Below the pieces are notes generated by a model. The model was not told the DNA's origin and made no database searches. It saw nothing but the letters and a program-made list of their open reading frames with translations. This document shows, piece by piece, positions 8,730 through 18,920 of a stretch of 64,000 nt of DNA. Source of the DNA: an uncultured Desulfobacter sp. (GTDB lineage Bacteria > Desulfobacterota > Desulfobacteria > Desulfobacterales > Desulfobacteraceae); assembly GCA_963665095.1 (NCBI GenBank), contig OY762069.1, positions 1,248,001-1,312,000 of the forward strand, read 5' to 3'. A program made the position numbers and the translations under genes. How positions within the stretch are numbered: the stretch's first letter is position 1; each line of letters starts with the position of its first letter.

Positions 8730-10670
8730 CTAAGACGCCTGAGCCATCTCGGCCACACCAGACGAGACAATAAGCTCCTTGTCCTTAGTGACAGACATGG
8801 AAATAACCTGGGCCTCAACAGGAAGCAGGTTGTTTACAGATTCTCTGTTGTCTATCCAGACGGGCGCCTGTAGACCGAAGTGCTCAGACAAAACATTGCA
8901 GATATCCAGGCCAACATTTACCTGGGCCGCCGTATTCAAACCGGAATTAAACGGGACGCCTTTATAAAGGACTTCGCAGCATTTATCGTCAATACCTCCA
9001 TTAACAAGCTGTTTAAACATCTTGAATTTAGCGGTTGAAAATTTGCTATTGATCTGATCTTCCAGGAGTTCAACCTTCCTGACAACAAACCGGTCAGTCA
9101 AGAACATCTGATGCTCAAGGCGTTCATATTCAGCGGAAAGAGTCTTCTCCTGGGCCAGCAGTTCGTTTATCCTGGTTCTGGCTTTGCCAGCAGCTTCATA
9201 TTCAGCCTGCGCTTTCCTCCAAGTGTCTATTTCCTTCTGGGCCTCTTCGATCTTCTCCCGGGTATCTTTCTCCTGGACAGCGGTACCGTTTTTCAGGGCC
9301 TTGATCATGCCTTCGTGCTTGGCTTTTTCGTGTTCCAGGTCACGTAATTCTTTATTTTCAACAGTGGTGCCTGTGTCATCCAAGCTCTTTTCAAGCTCGG
9401 CTATTTCAGCGCTTATTTCATCCATCCGGATAGAGACATCAGAAAGCTTTGCCTGGGCTACTTCAATGTCATTATTACGCTGCTCAACGTTGGCTTTAAG
9501 TGTCTTTCCCTCATCTGAGATGCTTTTCAGTTTCTCCGCCTTTGCCTGGTTGAATTTATCGATAACGGCCTGCACCTGATCCGCCGGCAAGTCCTGGCCG
9601 CAAGTCGGGCATTTTTTATCCGGGTAGACCTTCGCAGAGTTTGCCGCGTCCCAATCCACACGCAGTTGAACCATGGCCTCTTCGGCCAACTGGTTACGCT
9701 TCTGGTCCCTCTTTATGGATTCTTCGAGTGTCGTTATCTGCTGACTCAGCTGTGATGATTCTTTATTCAGGGTCTTGATCTTATCCATGACCGGTTTCTG
9801 GTTGGCCATGGAGGCCTTGGCCGCATCGGCTTTAATCTGCGCAATCTGTGCGGACACGTTACTAAGCTGTTCCTTGTGGTTTGACATCGCCTCGTTGGTC
9901 TGCAGGGAGGAAAGCTTGTCTTTGGCATACTGGAGCTGTTTTTCTAACCGTGAAAGCTCTTTATCGTCAGGTTTGTAGGTATCAGCCATCTGATTTTCAA
10001 GCTCTGAAATACGCGGTGGAATACCCTGGATATCCTTATTGATCTGGCGCATCTGAGACTTGGCCATGGTACGGATATCATCAATGGATTTTTCTTTAAC
10101 CAGATCTGCCAAGGGGGAGAGCTCGGCATCTGATTCGATTACTTCCAGGTCAGAAATATCCCCGGACATATCAAGCAAAATTTCACGGCGCCGCGGCCAG
10201 GGGATGTTTGCAAAATACATAGGATCGGACACCAGGAGATATGTTTCTTCATCGAACATATCCTTGATTGCCGTTTTAAATTCCCCCTCTTTTTTCGGGA
10301 TGTCATCAATCCAATGTTCTTTGACGTGGCCTGAGAATTCTTTCGTAGCAGACCCTTTTTTCTGGACGTAATTTTCCTTGAACATTTTTTTCAGGGTGAT
10401 GGGCTTGCCGTTAAAAGAAAAAGTGCCTTTCACCACAGTTTCCAGGTGGTGAATTTCGTTGTTGCCTGCATCCAATGGCTTCAGGGCAAAGTCCGCCCTG
10501 CCCTTGGAGTCTTTGCCGGTAAACAGCCAGCTGCAGGCGTCTGAAATAGTTGTTTTCCCAAGCTCGTTATCTCCAAGTATGGAGATGTCCTGACCAGCTG
10601 CGACAAGATCAAACGAGGTTATTCCCTTGAAATGTTCTATGTGCAGGCTTTCAAGTGATAATGTGTCCAT
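8730..10670 (-). CDS. SbcC/Rad50-like coiled-coil ABC ATPase
   Basis: HFKG, GDNELGKTT Walker A, CPTC zinc hook, WIDNRES Walker B. Confidence 0.9.
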   Translation of the reverse strand: MDTLSLESLHIEHFKGITSFDLVAAGQDISILGDNELGKTTISDACSWLFTGKDSKGRADFALKPLDAGNNEIHHLETVVKGTFSFNGKPITLKKMFKENYVQKKGSATKEFSGHVKEHWIDDIPKKEGEFKTAIKDMFDEETYLLVSDPMYFANIPWPRRREILLDMSGDISDLEVIESDAELSPLADLVKEKSIDDIRTMAKSQMRQINKDIQGIPPRISELENQMADTYKPDDKELSRLEKQLQYAKDKLSSLQTNEAMSNHKEQLSNVSAQIAQIKADAAKASMANQKPVMDKIKTLNKESSQLSQQITTLEESIKRDQKRNQLAEEAMVQLRVDWDAANSAKVYPDKKCPTCGQDLPADQVQAVIDKFNQAKAEKLKSISDEGKTLKANVEQRNNDIEVAQAKLSDVSIRMDEISAEIAELEKSLDDTGTTVENKELRDLEHEKAKHEGMIKALKNGTAVQEKDTREKIEEAQKEIDTWRKAQAEYEAAGKARTRINELLAQEKTLSAEYERLEHQMFLTDRFVVRKVELLEDQINSKFSTAKFKMFKQLVNGGIDDKCCEVLYKGVPFNSGLNTAAQVNVGLDICNVLSEHFGLQAPVWIDNRESVNNLLPVEAQVISMSVTKDKELIVSSGVAEMAQAS

Positions 10671-10825
10671 TTATTCACCTTCCTTCCCGGGCTGCGTTAA
10701 ACAGCTCATTCTCGACCAGGGCCTGCTCATGAATAATGACAATGTTTTCCTGCTGTGCTACGTCGTACGCCTCTTCAAAACTAAGTCTTTCATCTTTCAT
10801 GATTGCTCCTTAAAATAGTGATGTA

Positions 10826-11491
10826 TTATGAATTAATTTCTTCCAGGGTCTCATCCTCAAGAAGCGCCTGGTCATCGGTGTCATCCACAGGCGCCGCCGG
10901 AACACTGTCAGGAGAAAACATCTCCTGCTGATACTGGATGGGTTTTAAATGTCCGGTCAGGTCTGACAGCCATTGCAAAATCTGAGGGACATAGACGTGC
11001 CCCCAAAGAGGAGTGATGCGCACGGTTATAAATTCCCGATGTAGAGCATCCAGGCACATAAAAAGCTGTTCAATCAGGTACACCTTCTCCAGGACTGCCC
11101 CCTCAATTTCATCGGGCGCATTGGATGTCTCCATTGTTGGGGCCTTGTGGATCTTCACCGCCAGGTCATCACTGGTGATGGAAAAAGAATATCCATTCTC
11201 ACCAATGGAAAGATCGAAGCATATTTCCTTGATCCGGCCACCGTCAGAAATGGCAATGGCAGCGGACTTATGGCCGGTCTCTTCGCTCTTGATGGTAATT
11301 TTTGACTTTGGCTTCTCGCTCTCAATCACGATGCCGCCGGCAAAATCAACGGATACTTTTTCGTTGGGGCAGACCGAATTGTTAACGGTGTCCGGAGTGA
11401 TCTCCGACGCCCACCACAACCACAAAAGGAATTCTCCACCCAGAAAGGAATACTTGGCAAAAGCCGTTGCAATATCAATACTCATGCACAC
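10826..11491 (-). CDS. RdgC-related protein (second of a pair)
   Basis: FLGGEFLLWLWW motif resembles deltaproteobacterial RdgC-like proteins. Confidence 0.55.
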   Translation of the reverse strand: MCMSIDIATAFAKYSFLGGEFLLWLWWASEITPDTVNNSVCPNEKVSVDFAGGIVIESEKPKSKITIKSEETGHKSAAIAISDGGRIKEICFDLSIGENGYSFSITSDDLAVKIHKAPTMETSNAPDEIEGAVLEKVYLIEQLFMCLDALHREFITVRITPLWGHVYVPQILQWLSDLTGHLKPIQYQQEMFSPDSVPAAPVDDTDDQALLEDETLEEINS

Positions 11492-12102
11492 CTCCCTATA
11501 GCCATTGGTGCGGCCTGTGCTACACTATCAATCAGGCCGGCATTGTCCCTGGCAGCCAGGGTGTAAGGAAAAAGCCGATGGATTTTGATTCCAAAGGACT
11601 TCAGGAAAAGGGTTTCAAAAAGTTCATTCGCAGAGTTCTGTGTTGAAAAAAACATGATTGTCTTTCCCTCATAGTCCCATACGATTTCATAGATTGTCGG
11701 GACGAAAGGGACCTGCTTGAAAAGCTTATCCATGACAAGCTCTTTGAGCTCTGCACGCTCTCCCTTTGAAAGAAATTCGCGGTCAACTTCAGCCAGTTTT
11801 TTCTGGACTGCAATGTCCAGTTGTTCGGCCAGGGCCTTGGCCGGGATTGTCTTTTTATCCACTCGCATAGAGAAGACAAAATACACACCAAAAACAAAGC
11901 CGTGTTTTTCAAAATCCGGGTTATACGGCCCCTCAAAGGGCACCCACCCGACAACGATTTCATCATACTCGTTTTTCTCCACAGGCATCTTGCCCTGGAC
12001 AAGGCCTCTGCGGACATGCTCTGCCACGCCGGCGTCCAGGTCCACCGGGCAGTCCGGCACATGATACCGGACAACCGCCTGTGATGTTGATAATAGCGCC
12101 AT
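11482..12102 (-). CDS. rdgC: Recombination-associated protein RdgC-like
   Basis: GWV, MRVDKKTIPAK, ERAELKELV, ELFETLFLKSF motifs. Confidence 0.7.
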   Translation of the reverse strand: MALLSTSQAVVRYHVPDCPVDLDAGVAEHVRRGLVQGKMPVEKNEYDEIVVGWVPFEGPYNPDFEKHGFVFGVYFVFSMRVDKKTIPAKALAEQLDIAVQKKLAEVDREFLSKGERAELKELVMDKLFKQVPFVPTIYEIVWDYEGKTIMFFSTQNSANELFETLFLKSFGIKIHRLFPYTLAARDNAGLIDSVAQAAPMAIGRCA

Positions 12103-12739
12103 TCTACCTCCTAAATAGTTTCAATACTTGTCCTCGGCACATTCCACCGGCCGCAATGCGGACAGGCCCACAGATACACTGCATGCACTTCACCTGCCGC
12201 TGCCAGCTGCCAGCGCATCATGCGGTGGCAGCGCCTGCAGAACATCATTTGCCAGCCCCTCTGTTGACCCGCGCAATACCCAACAGAGACAATCCAAATC
12301 CCAGCATGCCCATGGTATTTATTATGATCTGCTGGCCGAATCGCTCAGCTTCAGCCCCGGATAAGATCAAACCGGCCACTGCGGTGATTGCCAGAACCAC
12401 TGTGATTACCTTTTTCATGCTTTAATTCCCTCCTGGAAGGCATCCCTTTTGGTCCTGCATGCTTCCAAGGTAGGCCCCACACAAGAGAACAACCGCCCGT
12501 CTTCAGTCCGGTAATCGTACTGAAAATAGGTCTTACGCCCTCTGGTGAACCGTTCATACGACTCTGTTCCTTTGGCGCAAGTTGAACACCCGTTGACATC
12601 TGATTTCATTCCCCTTCTCCTTTCCAGACGGCCCGGCCTCCACCGGGCGCCCGGGTTTGGGATTTACCCTCAAGTCGATTCTCACATGTCCCATCAGGCC
12701 ACTCCCGTTGTTATTTCCCCGGCCCTGTGCCGGGGTTCG

Positions 12740-13012
12740 CTAAACCTTATCTTTATCTAAGTACAGCTCCATCAATCCGGTCATTGCCGCCTTCAGGCGC
12801 TGTTCCTTTGCATGTAATTGTTTTTCTTTGTCTCCTGACTCTATCTTGAGCCCAGAAATCGTAAGAATCTCCCCAAGGGCTTTTAGAGAAATTTTGGCTC
12901 CAGGCTGCCGCATCCGTGTAATTTCCTGTGCGCTGACATCCAGCTGAGCAGCCAGGGCAGAGGCGCTGCCGCATTTTGTTACAGCGTCTTCTATCAGATC
13001 CTCAATGCGCAT
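12740..13012 (-). CDS. XRE-type HTH regulator (CII position)
   Basis: SASALAAQLDVSAQEITRMR helix-turn-helix. Confidence 0.65.
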   Translation of the reverse strand: MRIEDLIEDAVTKCGSASALAAQLDVSAQEITRMRQPGAKISLKALGEILTISGLKIESGDKEKQLHAKEQRLKAAMTGLMELYLDKDKV

Positions 13013-13191
13013 AAGACTCCCTGTTATCGCTTGGAAATCCTTGGAAATCGTTTTGCTTGGGATTCCATCCCGTATTTCTTATATTGGACTTACCGAAACG
13101 AACATCTCTCCGCAGATCACGTACATACATCCGCAGATCACGTATAAATTCGGAATATTGACAATAAATACGGGGGCTTGTATTTATGGCC

Positions 13192-13356
13192 ATGGCCGAT
13201 GACAAAAAAAATACTGCTGAACTAAGGATATATTGCGACGAGGCTCTCAAAGCCCGGCTCGTCGAAATTGCGCGAGAGGAGGTGAGGTCAATCTCTGGGC
13301 AAGTGGTATTTTTCTTGATCAAGGCCATAAAGGATTATGATTCCACGGGGGAATAA
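13192..13356 (+). CDS. Arc/CopG-like ribbon-helix-helix protein, 54 aa (not in ORF track)
   Basis: MADDKKNTAELRIYCDEALKARLVEIAREEVRSISGQVVFFLIKAIKDYDSTGE; TTGACA at 13158. Confidence 0.7.
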   Translation: MADDKKNTAELRIYCDEALKARLVEIAREEVRSISGQVVFFLIKAIKDYDSTGE

Positions 13357-13538
13357 ATTGCCGAACGGATTTCTTCTGACGTTCCTTCTAGCCAAAGAAC
13401 CGGGTCTGTTTTTGTAAGCTCGGCGAGCTGTTTTGCTCGTTTCCAATTTGGCCGCTTTTTTGTTTTAACTAAAGAGTTGATAAAGGTAGGCGTCACTTTA
13501 AGGCATTTGGCTATGTATGCTTGAGTTATTCGTTTCAT
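13335..13538 (-). CDS. Cro-like repressor
   Basis: TQAYIAKCLKVTPTFINSLV...RP HTH, 67 aa, divergent from cI. Confidence 0.85.
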   Translation of the reverse strand: MKRITQAYIAKCLKVTPTFINSLVKTKKRPNWKRAKQLAELTKTDPVLWLEGTSEEIRSAIYSPVES

Positions 13539-13549
13539 GGAAATGAAAA

Positions 13550-13635
13550 TAAACCTTTTGGTTGATATCTGTCAAGGGATAAATAAACTTTTTAGTAGAT
13601 TTTTTTTATTTGTAACAAATCAACTTATAGGTTAA
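13550..13635. promoter_or_regulatory. Three operators of the lysis/lysogeny switch
   Basis: TAAAC-CTTTTG-GTTGA 13550-13565, TAAAC-TTTTTA-GTAGA 13584-13599, TCAAC-TTATAG-GTTAA 13620-13635. Confidence 0.7.
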
Positions 13636-13645
13636 CAAATTTAGG

Positions 13646-14152
13646 ATGAGTTTAATCGCAAATAGACATGAGTATTTTGAAGCAGCATTTAAGGCCATTC
13701 TTGGCAAGACGGCCCAGAATACCTTGGCCATAGATATGGATGTGTCGCCTCAGTATATAAATAAGCTGATCAAGAAAGCGAAGGAGCACACTCTTAGCGA
13801 AAAGGCTCAAGAAAAAATAGCCAAAGGGTGCAAGTATTCTCTTGAATCCTTTTTGCTATATGGACAGCAAATAACAGAAGGCGGCAACACCCCTCCCTCG
13901 GAATCAAATCCAAAGGCAAAAGCTGAACTTGAACCTGAATCTGAGGAGGAAAAAACATTGAGAGAATTAGCGTCTCTTATTGCTGAATTGTCACGTGAAA
14001 ATAGATTGTTAAGCAAAGAGAATAAAGAGCTTGCCTTAAAAATCAAAGATTTGGAAAATCAATTGCAGGGTATGAACCGGACTTCGGGGGCCAGCGGGCA
14101 GACTCGGAGTCCGCATTTAAAAGAAAAGGAGACTGCCCAAAAAACAAGTTAG
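13646..14152 (+). CDS. CI-like repressor (N-terminal HTH, coiled-coil C-terminus, no S24 domain)
   Basis: QNTLAIDMDVSPQYINKL HTH; divergent from cro. Confidence 0.7.
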   Translation: MSLIANRHEYFEAAFKAILGKTAQNTLAIDMDVSPQYINKLIKKAKEHTLSEKAQEKIAKGCKYSLESFLLYGQQITEGGNTPPSESNPKAKAELEPESEEEKTLRELASLIAELSRENRLLSKENKELALKIKDLENQLQGMNRTSGASGQTRSPHLKEKETAQKTS

Positions 14153-14724
14153 ACGTTCAAAAATTTCTAAAAATAGGGGGAACTTCAATTTCCAAAAGCG
14201 TCAACTCCCCCTTTCATATACATCTCTTAAACACGGAGGGAACCGTGATCAATACAACGCTCATCCAGCCCAGAAAGATCCAGGCTGATACAATCGTGGG
14301 GCTCAACGCCCGGGGGATAATTGATCCCCCGGACCAGACTGCTTTTTTTGACACATTAAAAAAAGTGGCTCTGGAAAACACCCACGGTTTTGTAGCCTAT
14401 TCCATACAGCGCACGCTATCATTTATCGGCCTGCTCGTACCGGCTGAGAAAGATATTCTATGCTTTGAGCTTGCGTCATCACCATTATCGAACAAAACTT
14501 ACCAGAAAGACTTACTGTTGAAAGCGGCTCGGGGCCTTATCCCGGAATTCAGGGATCAGACTGTGCCTAAATTTGTTACGTTATAATGAGAATGATCACA
14601 AAAAATCATGGAAAAATTAAAGATAATTTGCAAGATATGCCAGGGATGAGGCAGAAGCTCCCCCGTTTATCTCGCAAATAATCAATGGAACTTCTGCCCC
14701 TATTACCCTAACAGGGCAGGAGAT

Positions 14725-15300
14725 ATGCTATCAGAACTTATTAAAAACAAAAATCTTTTTTTCCATCTTTACGAAATCGATAAAAATACAGCAAAACAGT
14801 ACAGACAGTTGCCTTGTCCGCATTGTGGAGGCCCCTTATATTTCAGCAATTACATGCGCAAGCCCCGGGGAGAGCCTGAGGGCGTGCCGGAGGAATTCTT
14901 TATTCAGTTCAGCCTATGTTGTGGAACCGAAGGGTGTCGCAAAAGATTGATGCCGCCGTCCTGCCGTTTTCTGGGGAGAAAAGTCTACTGGTTTGCAGTT
15001 ATTCTGTGTGTTTTAACAGACTGGCAAAATACCAATGAAAAAATCACCGTTTATGATTTGTCCATACGAACTGGCATTAGCCGGAACACAATAAACCGCT
15101 GGCTTGCCTTTTTTCAGGATACATTTCCAGTGAGCCGAACCTGGCGAAGGCTTCGGGGGCAGATATCCGCTGGTGTCAGTAACAGCCGTCTGCCGTCAAG
15201 TTTCATCAATTATTGCCGGGCGGTGAAATCCAACGCCGAAAACGCACTTGTATCAAGCCTGATAATCTTATCAGGCGGGTCCAAAATCAGGGCCGGATAA
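14725..15300 (+). CDS. Transposon accessory protein (Cys-rich zinc ribbon plus HTH; DUF6431-like position)
   Basis: CPHCGG, CC...GCRKR..PPS.RFLGR; HTH LSIRTGISRNTINRW. Confidence 0.7.
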   Translation: MLSELIKNKNLFFHLYEIDKNTAKQYRQLPCPHCGGPLYFSNYMRKPRGEPEGVPEEFFIQFSLCCGTEGCRKRLMPPSCRFLGRKVYWFAVILCVLTDWQNTNEKITVYDLSIRTGISRNTINRWLAFFQDTFPVSRTWRRLRGQISAGVSNSRLPSSFINYCRAVKSNAENALVSSLIILSGGSKIRAG

Positions 15301-15406
15301 TCTCGCGCAGAGGATGAACATAGACAAATATATGCAGGCTGTTTTACCACCTGATTTCAGACGTTGATCCGAAATTTTAACCTGAAATTAAAAAGGAGCC
15401 TGATTT

Positions 15407-16852
15407 ATGAGTGGTAAAACACAGCACCCGGCAGACCTGTGGGCATTATTTCGCTTTTCGGTTATCGGCGGTTTACTGGCACGCCCTCCGGCAAAGGGAG
15501 AGTTGCAAAATGAACTGACCCGGCTCGCAGGTCAAATCTATTCTCATCCTGTGACGAACAAACCGACCTGTTTTCATTTTTCCACAATTGAGGCCTGGTA
15601 TTACAGGGCAAAAAATTGCCAGGACCCAATTCTGGCTCTGGGCCGTAAAGTTCGTTCAGATATGGGCAAATCCACAGCATTGAATGCTGAATTGATCCGC
15701 CTTCTTGGTGTCCAGTACAACACTTATCCGCAATGGAGCTATCAGCTTCATTGCGACAACCTGGCAGCTGAAATCGCTGAACAGGGCCTGTGTGAGAATC
15801 CGCCGTCCTATGCAAGTGTGAGAAGGCGTATGGTTGAACGGGGTTGGAGAAAAAAGGCTTCCAAGAACAAAAATCAAACATCCGGACAGAAATCAGCTTT
15901 TAAGCGATTAGAAACGTATGAAGTCCGTAGTTATGAAACCGAAAACATCCATGAATTATGGCATCTGGACTTTCACGAATGCAGCAGGCGCGTGGTGGAC
16001 GAAAAAGGTCAGTGGCATACGCCCAAGGCATTGTGCATTCTTGATGATCGCTCCCGTCTGTGTTGTCATATTCAATGGTATTTGAATGAAACGGCAGAGG
16101 TTTTGATCCACGGCTTGTCCCAGGCGTTTTACAAAAGAGGGCTTCCCAGAGCCTTGATGACAGATAATGGTTCTGCCATGATTGCTCATGAAACCGGCAA
16201 CGGACTTAAACGATTGGGCGTCAGTCATGAGACCACGTTGCCATACTCGCCCTATCAAAATGGGAAGCAGGAAGCCTTTTGGGGTACACTTGAAGGCCGT
16301 TTGATCGCCATGCTGAGCCGGATGGATTCTTTGACCCTGGTATATTTAAATCAGGTCTCCCAGGCCTGGATCGAGATGGAATACAACAAGTCAACCCATG
16401 ATGAAATTCATATGTCGCCATTGCAATGCGCCCTTGACGGCAAGGATGTGTCACGTCCTGCACCGGAACCTGAACAGCTTCAATTTTCGTTTACAGCCTG
16501 TGAATCCAGAAAACAGCGTCTGTCCGATGGTACCATCTCTTTGATGGGCATCCGGTTTGAAATCCCTTCACGGTTTAATCATATCCAGCGTCTTCATGTC
16601 TGTTTTTGCTCCTGGGATAAATCGGTTGCCTGGCTGATAGATAAACGAACCGGAAATAAGCTTGCCGCAATTTATCCCCAGGACAAGACAAAGAATGCTT
16701 CAGCAATCCGTCGTATCAAATCCACTCCGGATGAAATTAACCCTGGCCATGAAACCCTGTCCGGATCAGAACCGGCCCTGCTTAAAAAGCTCTTGTCCGA
16801 TTATGCAGCAACCGGAATGCCTTGTGCCTACTTGCCAATGGAGGAAAAGTGA
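15407..16852 (+). CDS. DDE (rve) transposase with Mu-like C-terminal domain
   Basis: WHLD, LDDRSR, TDNG, NGKQE catalytic motifs; DGTISL.G.RFEIP. Confidence 0.93.
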   Translation: MSGKTQHPADLWALFRFSVIGGLLARPPAKGELQNELTRLAGQIYSHPVTNKPTCFHFSTIEAWYYRAKNCQDPILALGRKVRSDMGKSTALNAELIRLLGVQYNTYPQWSYQLHCDNLAAEIAEQGLCENPPSYASVRRRMVERGWRKKASKNKNQTSGQKSAFKRLETYEVRSYETENIHELWHLDFHECSRRVVDEKGQWHTPKALCILDDRSRLCCHIQWYLNETAEVLIHGLSQAFYKRGLPRALMTDNGSAMIAHETGNGLKRLGVSHETTLPYSPYQNGKQEAFWGTLEGRLIAMLSRMDSLTLVYLNQVSQAWIEMEYNKSTHDEIHMSPLQCALDGKDVSRPAPEPEQLQFSFTACESRKQRLSDGTISLMGIRFEIPSRFNHIQRLHVCFCSWDKSVAWLIDKRTGNKLAAIYPQDKTKNASAIRRIKSTPDEINPGHETLSGSEPALLKKLLSDYAATGMPCAYLPMEEK

Positions 16853-17676
16853 TGAACAGCAAACGATTATTGGCTTATTATGGATTGAAGTACAATCCTT
16901 TTTTACCAAATATTCCTGTGGACTCATTATGGCATCCACCCCGGATGGAGGCATTTATTACACGCCTTGAAAATATGACCATGAACGGTGGATTTGCATT
17001 AATCGCCGGTGAACCCGGTCTTGGCAAATCCAAGACACTACAGGCGATTGCCCATCAGCTTGGCAAGCTTGATGAAGTCGTTGTCGGCGTTATGGAGCGC
17101 CCCCAAAGCAGCGTGGCCGATTTCTATCGGGAAATGGGGACACTGTTTGGTGTCAATTTGAGTCCGGCCAACCGTTACGGAGGGTTCAAAGATCTGCGGC
17201 AACGATGGAAAAATCATATTAAAACAACCCTGTTCAGACCCGTCCTGCTCATTGATGAGGCTCAGGAAATGCTTACCGGATGCCTGAATGAGCTTCGGTT
17301 GCTCAACAGTATGGATTTTGACTCCCAGAATTTATTGACCACCATTATCTGTGGTGATACCCGGCTGCCGGAACGGTTCAGAACCAGTGCATTGGTAGCC
17401 CTGGGGAGTCGACTCCGGTTCCGGTTAAAATTGGATCCTTATACCCGGGAAGAATTGTTGGATTATATAGCGCATTGCCTAAATCAGGCCGGAGCTCCTC
17501 AACTCATGACAAAACCTTTAATCACCGCTTTGGTAGAGCACTGTACAGGAAACTTACGGGTCCTCAATAATATGTCGGCAGAACTGCTTGAAGTGGGCGT
17601 TCAAAGAGAGCTGCCGCAACTGGATGAGAAACTTTTCATAGAGCTTTTTTCACTGAAACCGTCGCCAACCAGATAA
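16852..17676 (+). CDS. ExeA-family AAA ATPase (transposition helper)
   Basis: YYGLKYNPF, GEPGLGKS, LLIDEAQ, GNLR. Confidence 0.9.
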   Translation: MNSKRLLAYYGLKYNPFLPNIPVDSLWHPPRMEAFITRLENMTMNGGFALIAGEPGLGKSKTLQAIAHQLGKLDEVVVGVMERPQSSVADFYREMGTLFGVNLSPANRYGGFKDLRQRWKNHIKTTLFRPVLLIDEAQEMLTGCLNELRLLNSMDFDSQNLLTTIICGDTRLPERFRTSALVALGSRLRFRLKLDPYTREELLDYIAHCLNQAGAPQLMTKPLITALVEHCTGNLRVLNNMSAELLEVGVQRELPQLDEKLFIELFSLKPSPTR

Positions 17677-17687
17677 GAGGTATAAAA

Positions 17688-17930
17688 ATGACAATCAATG
17701 AAACACAACTTGAAAAAACAATGGCTGAAATTGTCGACGAGCTGGGCAATCTGGTCATGGAGTTGATCCTTGTCAGTTTAAAAAAAATAAACTCGGAAAA
17801 TCATCTTTTGACAGAATTGCTGGAGATCAAACAAGAGGAACAAAGAGAAAATGAATTTTATGGTTTTGGTGAAACGGAGCCGGGACATCCTGGGGAGGAA
17901 ACCCGGCAAGGGATAGCCAAAAGCAGGTAG
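17688..17930 (+). CDS. Small acidic hypothetical protein in the transposon
   Basis: GAGG RBS; followed by a GC hairpin at ~17948-17974. Confidence 0.55.
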   Translation: MTINETQLEKTMAEIVDELGNLVMELILVSLKKINSENHLLTELLEIKQEEQRENEFYGFGETEPGHPGEETRQGIAKSR

Positions 17931-18200
17931 CATTGAATAATGCGCCGGGGGAAGCGGGGTTGACCTGCTTCCCCTTTCTGTATTATTCAAGCTTTCCTGC
18001 TCATGCCTTAAAAAACCCAATAAAATCAGTCGGAGCGCAGCGACATCTGCTAATCATTGAAAATACAGTTATGCCTTTCCCTGATTTATCCTGATTGTCG
18101 CTCCATTGATTATCGTGCTTCCTCTCAATAACATCAATCACCCGGCTGCCACGGGTGGCCGGGGTATCATTATAAAAAACAATCAATCAACGAAAGCCCT

Positions 18201-18920
18201 ATGCGAAATAAAATTAATGGTATCCCTAATTATTTATTCATTGCTTATCTTTTAATTTCGTACCCTTTATATTGTTTAACTGAAGCCCCTGACAACAATG
18301 GTTTCTATTATTTTTTTCTTTTCCAAGTCAGATACATAGGGTTCTCTTGTGTTCCGCTATTTTTCATTATAGCCTATAATTTTTATAAAAAAGAAATCAT
18401 AGGTCTTATTTCATCTATTCTTTCAATTGTATTCATTTTAATCATAATCTTGGGATATTATGGCGAAACACGCGCCCAAGAAGAGGCCAAACAAAAAGCT
18501 GAAAAAATCATATTTGCATCAAATTTAAATCAAATTCAATCGATAGTTTTGGCTCATGCTACTCCAGACGAAATACAAAGGCTCGTGTCACAAGGACTTA
18601 TCCCCATGATAACACCCTCGAACTTAAATTATTATACAAACGGGGCTATTGGGTGGACATATGGAGATAACGATAAGGTCTGTTTTGTTTATTCAGAGGA
18701 TATGAGACGTATAGAATACGGGGTTTATGAACGATTTGTTCAAACCGATACAGAAAAACAATTCTTAAAAAAATTATGGATTAACGCTTTGCAAATATTG
18801 TCAAATTCTCATGAGGACATTGATGATTGCATTTTTTTTGAACACAATGATTGTGTTGTTACAGTGAAAGAGAAAAATAACAATACCTTGATGTTAATTG
18901 TAATGTGCCAGAAGAGTTGA
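18201..18920 (+). CDS. AT-rich membrane protein (moron-like)
   Basis: Three N-terminal TM helices plus a soluble domain; lower GC than flanks. Confidence 0.65.
   Translation: MRNKINGIPNYLFIAYLLISYPLYCLTEAPDNNGFYYFFLFQVRYIGFSCVPLFFIIAYNFYKKEIIGLISSILSIVFILIIILGYYGETRAQEEAKQKAEKIIFASNLNQIQSIVLAHATPDEIQRLVSQGLIPMITPSNLNYYTNGAIGWTYGDNDKVCFVYSEDMRRIEYGVYERFVQTDTEKQFLKKLWINALQILSNSHEDIDDCIFFEHNDCVVTVKEKNNNTLMLIVMCQKS

Larger units (their letters stand above)
14580..18132. mobile_element. Four-gene DDE transposon (Zn/HTH protein, transposase, ExeA-like ATPase, small ORF) inserted in prophage 1
   Basis: Imperfect inverted ends GTTATAATGAG / CTCAATAAC; internal inverted 12-mer ATAATCAATGGA at 14678 and 18102. 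Confidence 0.7.

Noticed and set aside
16852..17676. ExeA as part of a type II secretion system with gspC
   Set aside because: It is translationally coupled to a transposase 10 kb from gspC, so it is a transposition ATPase.
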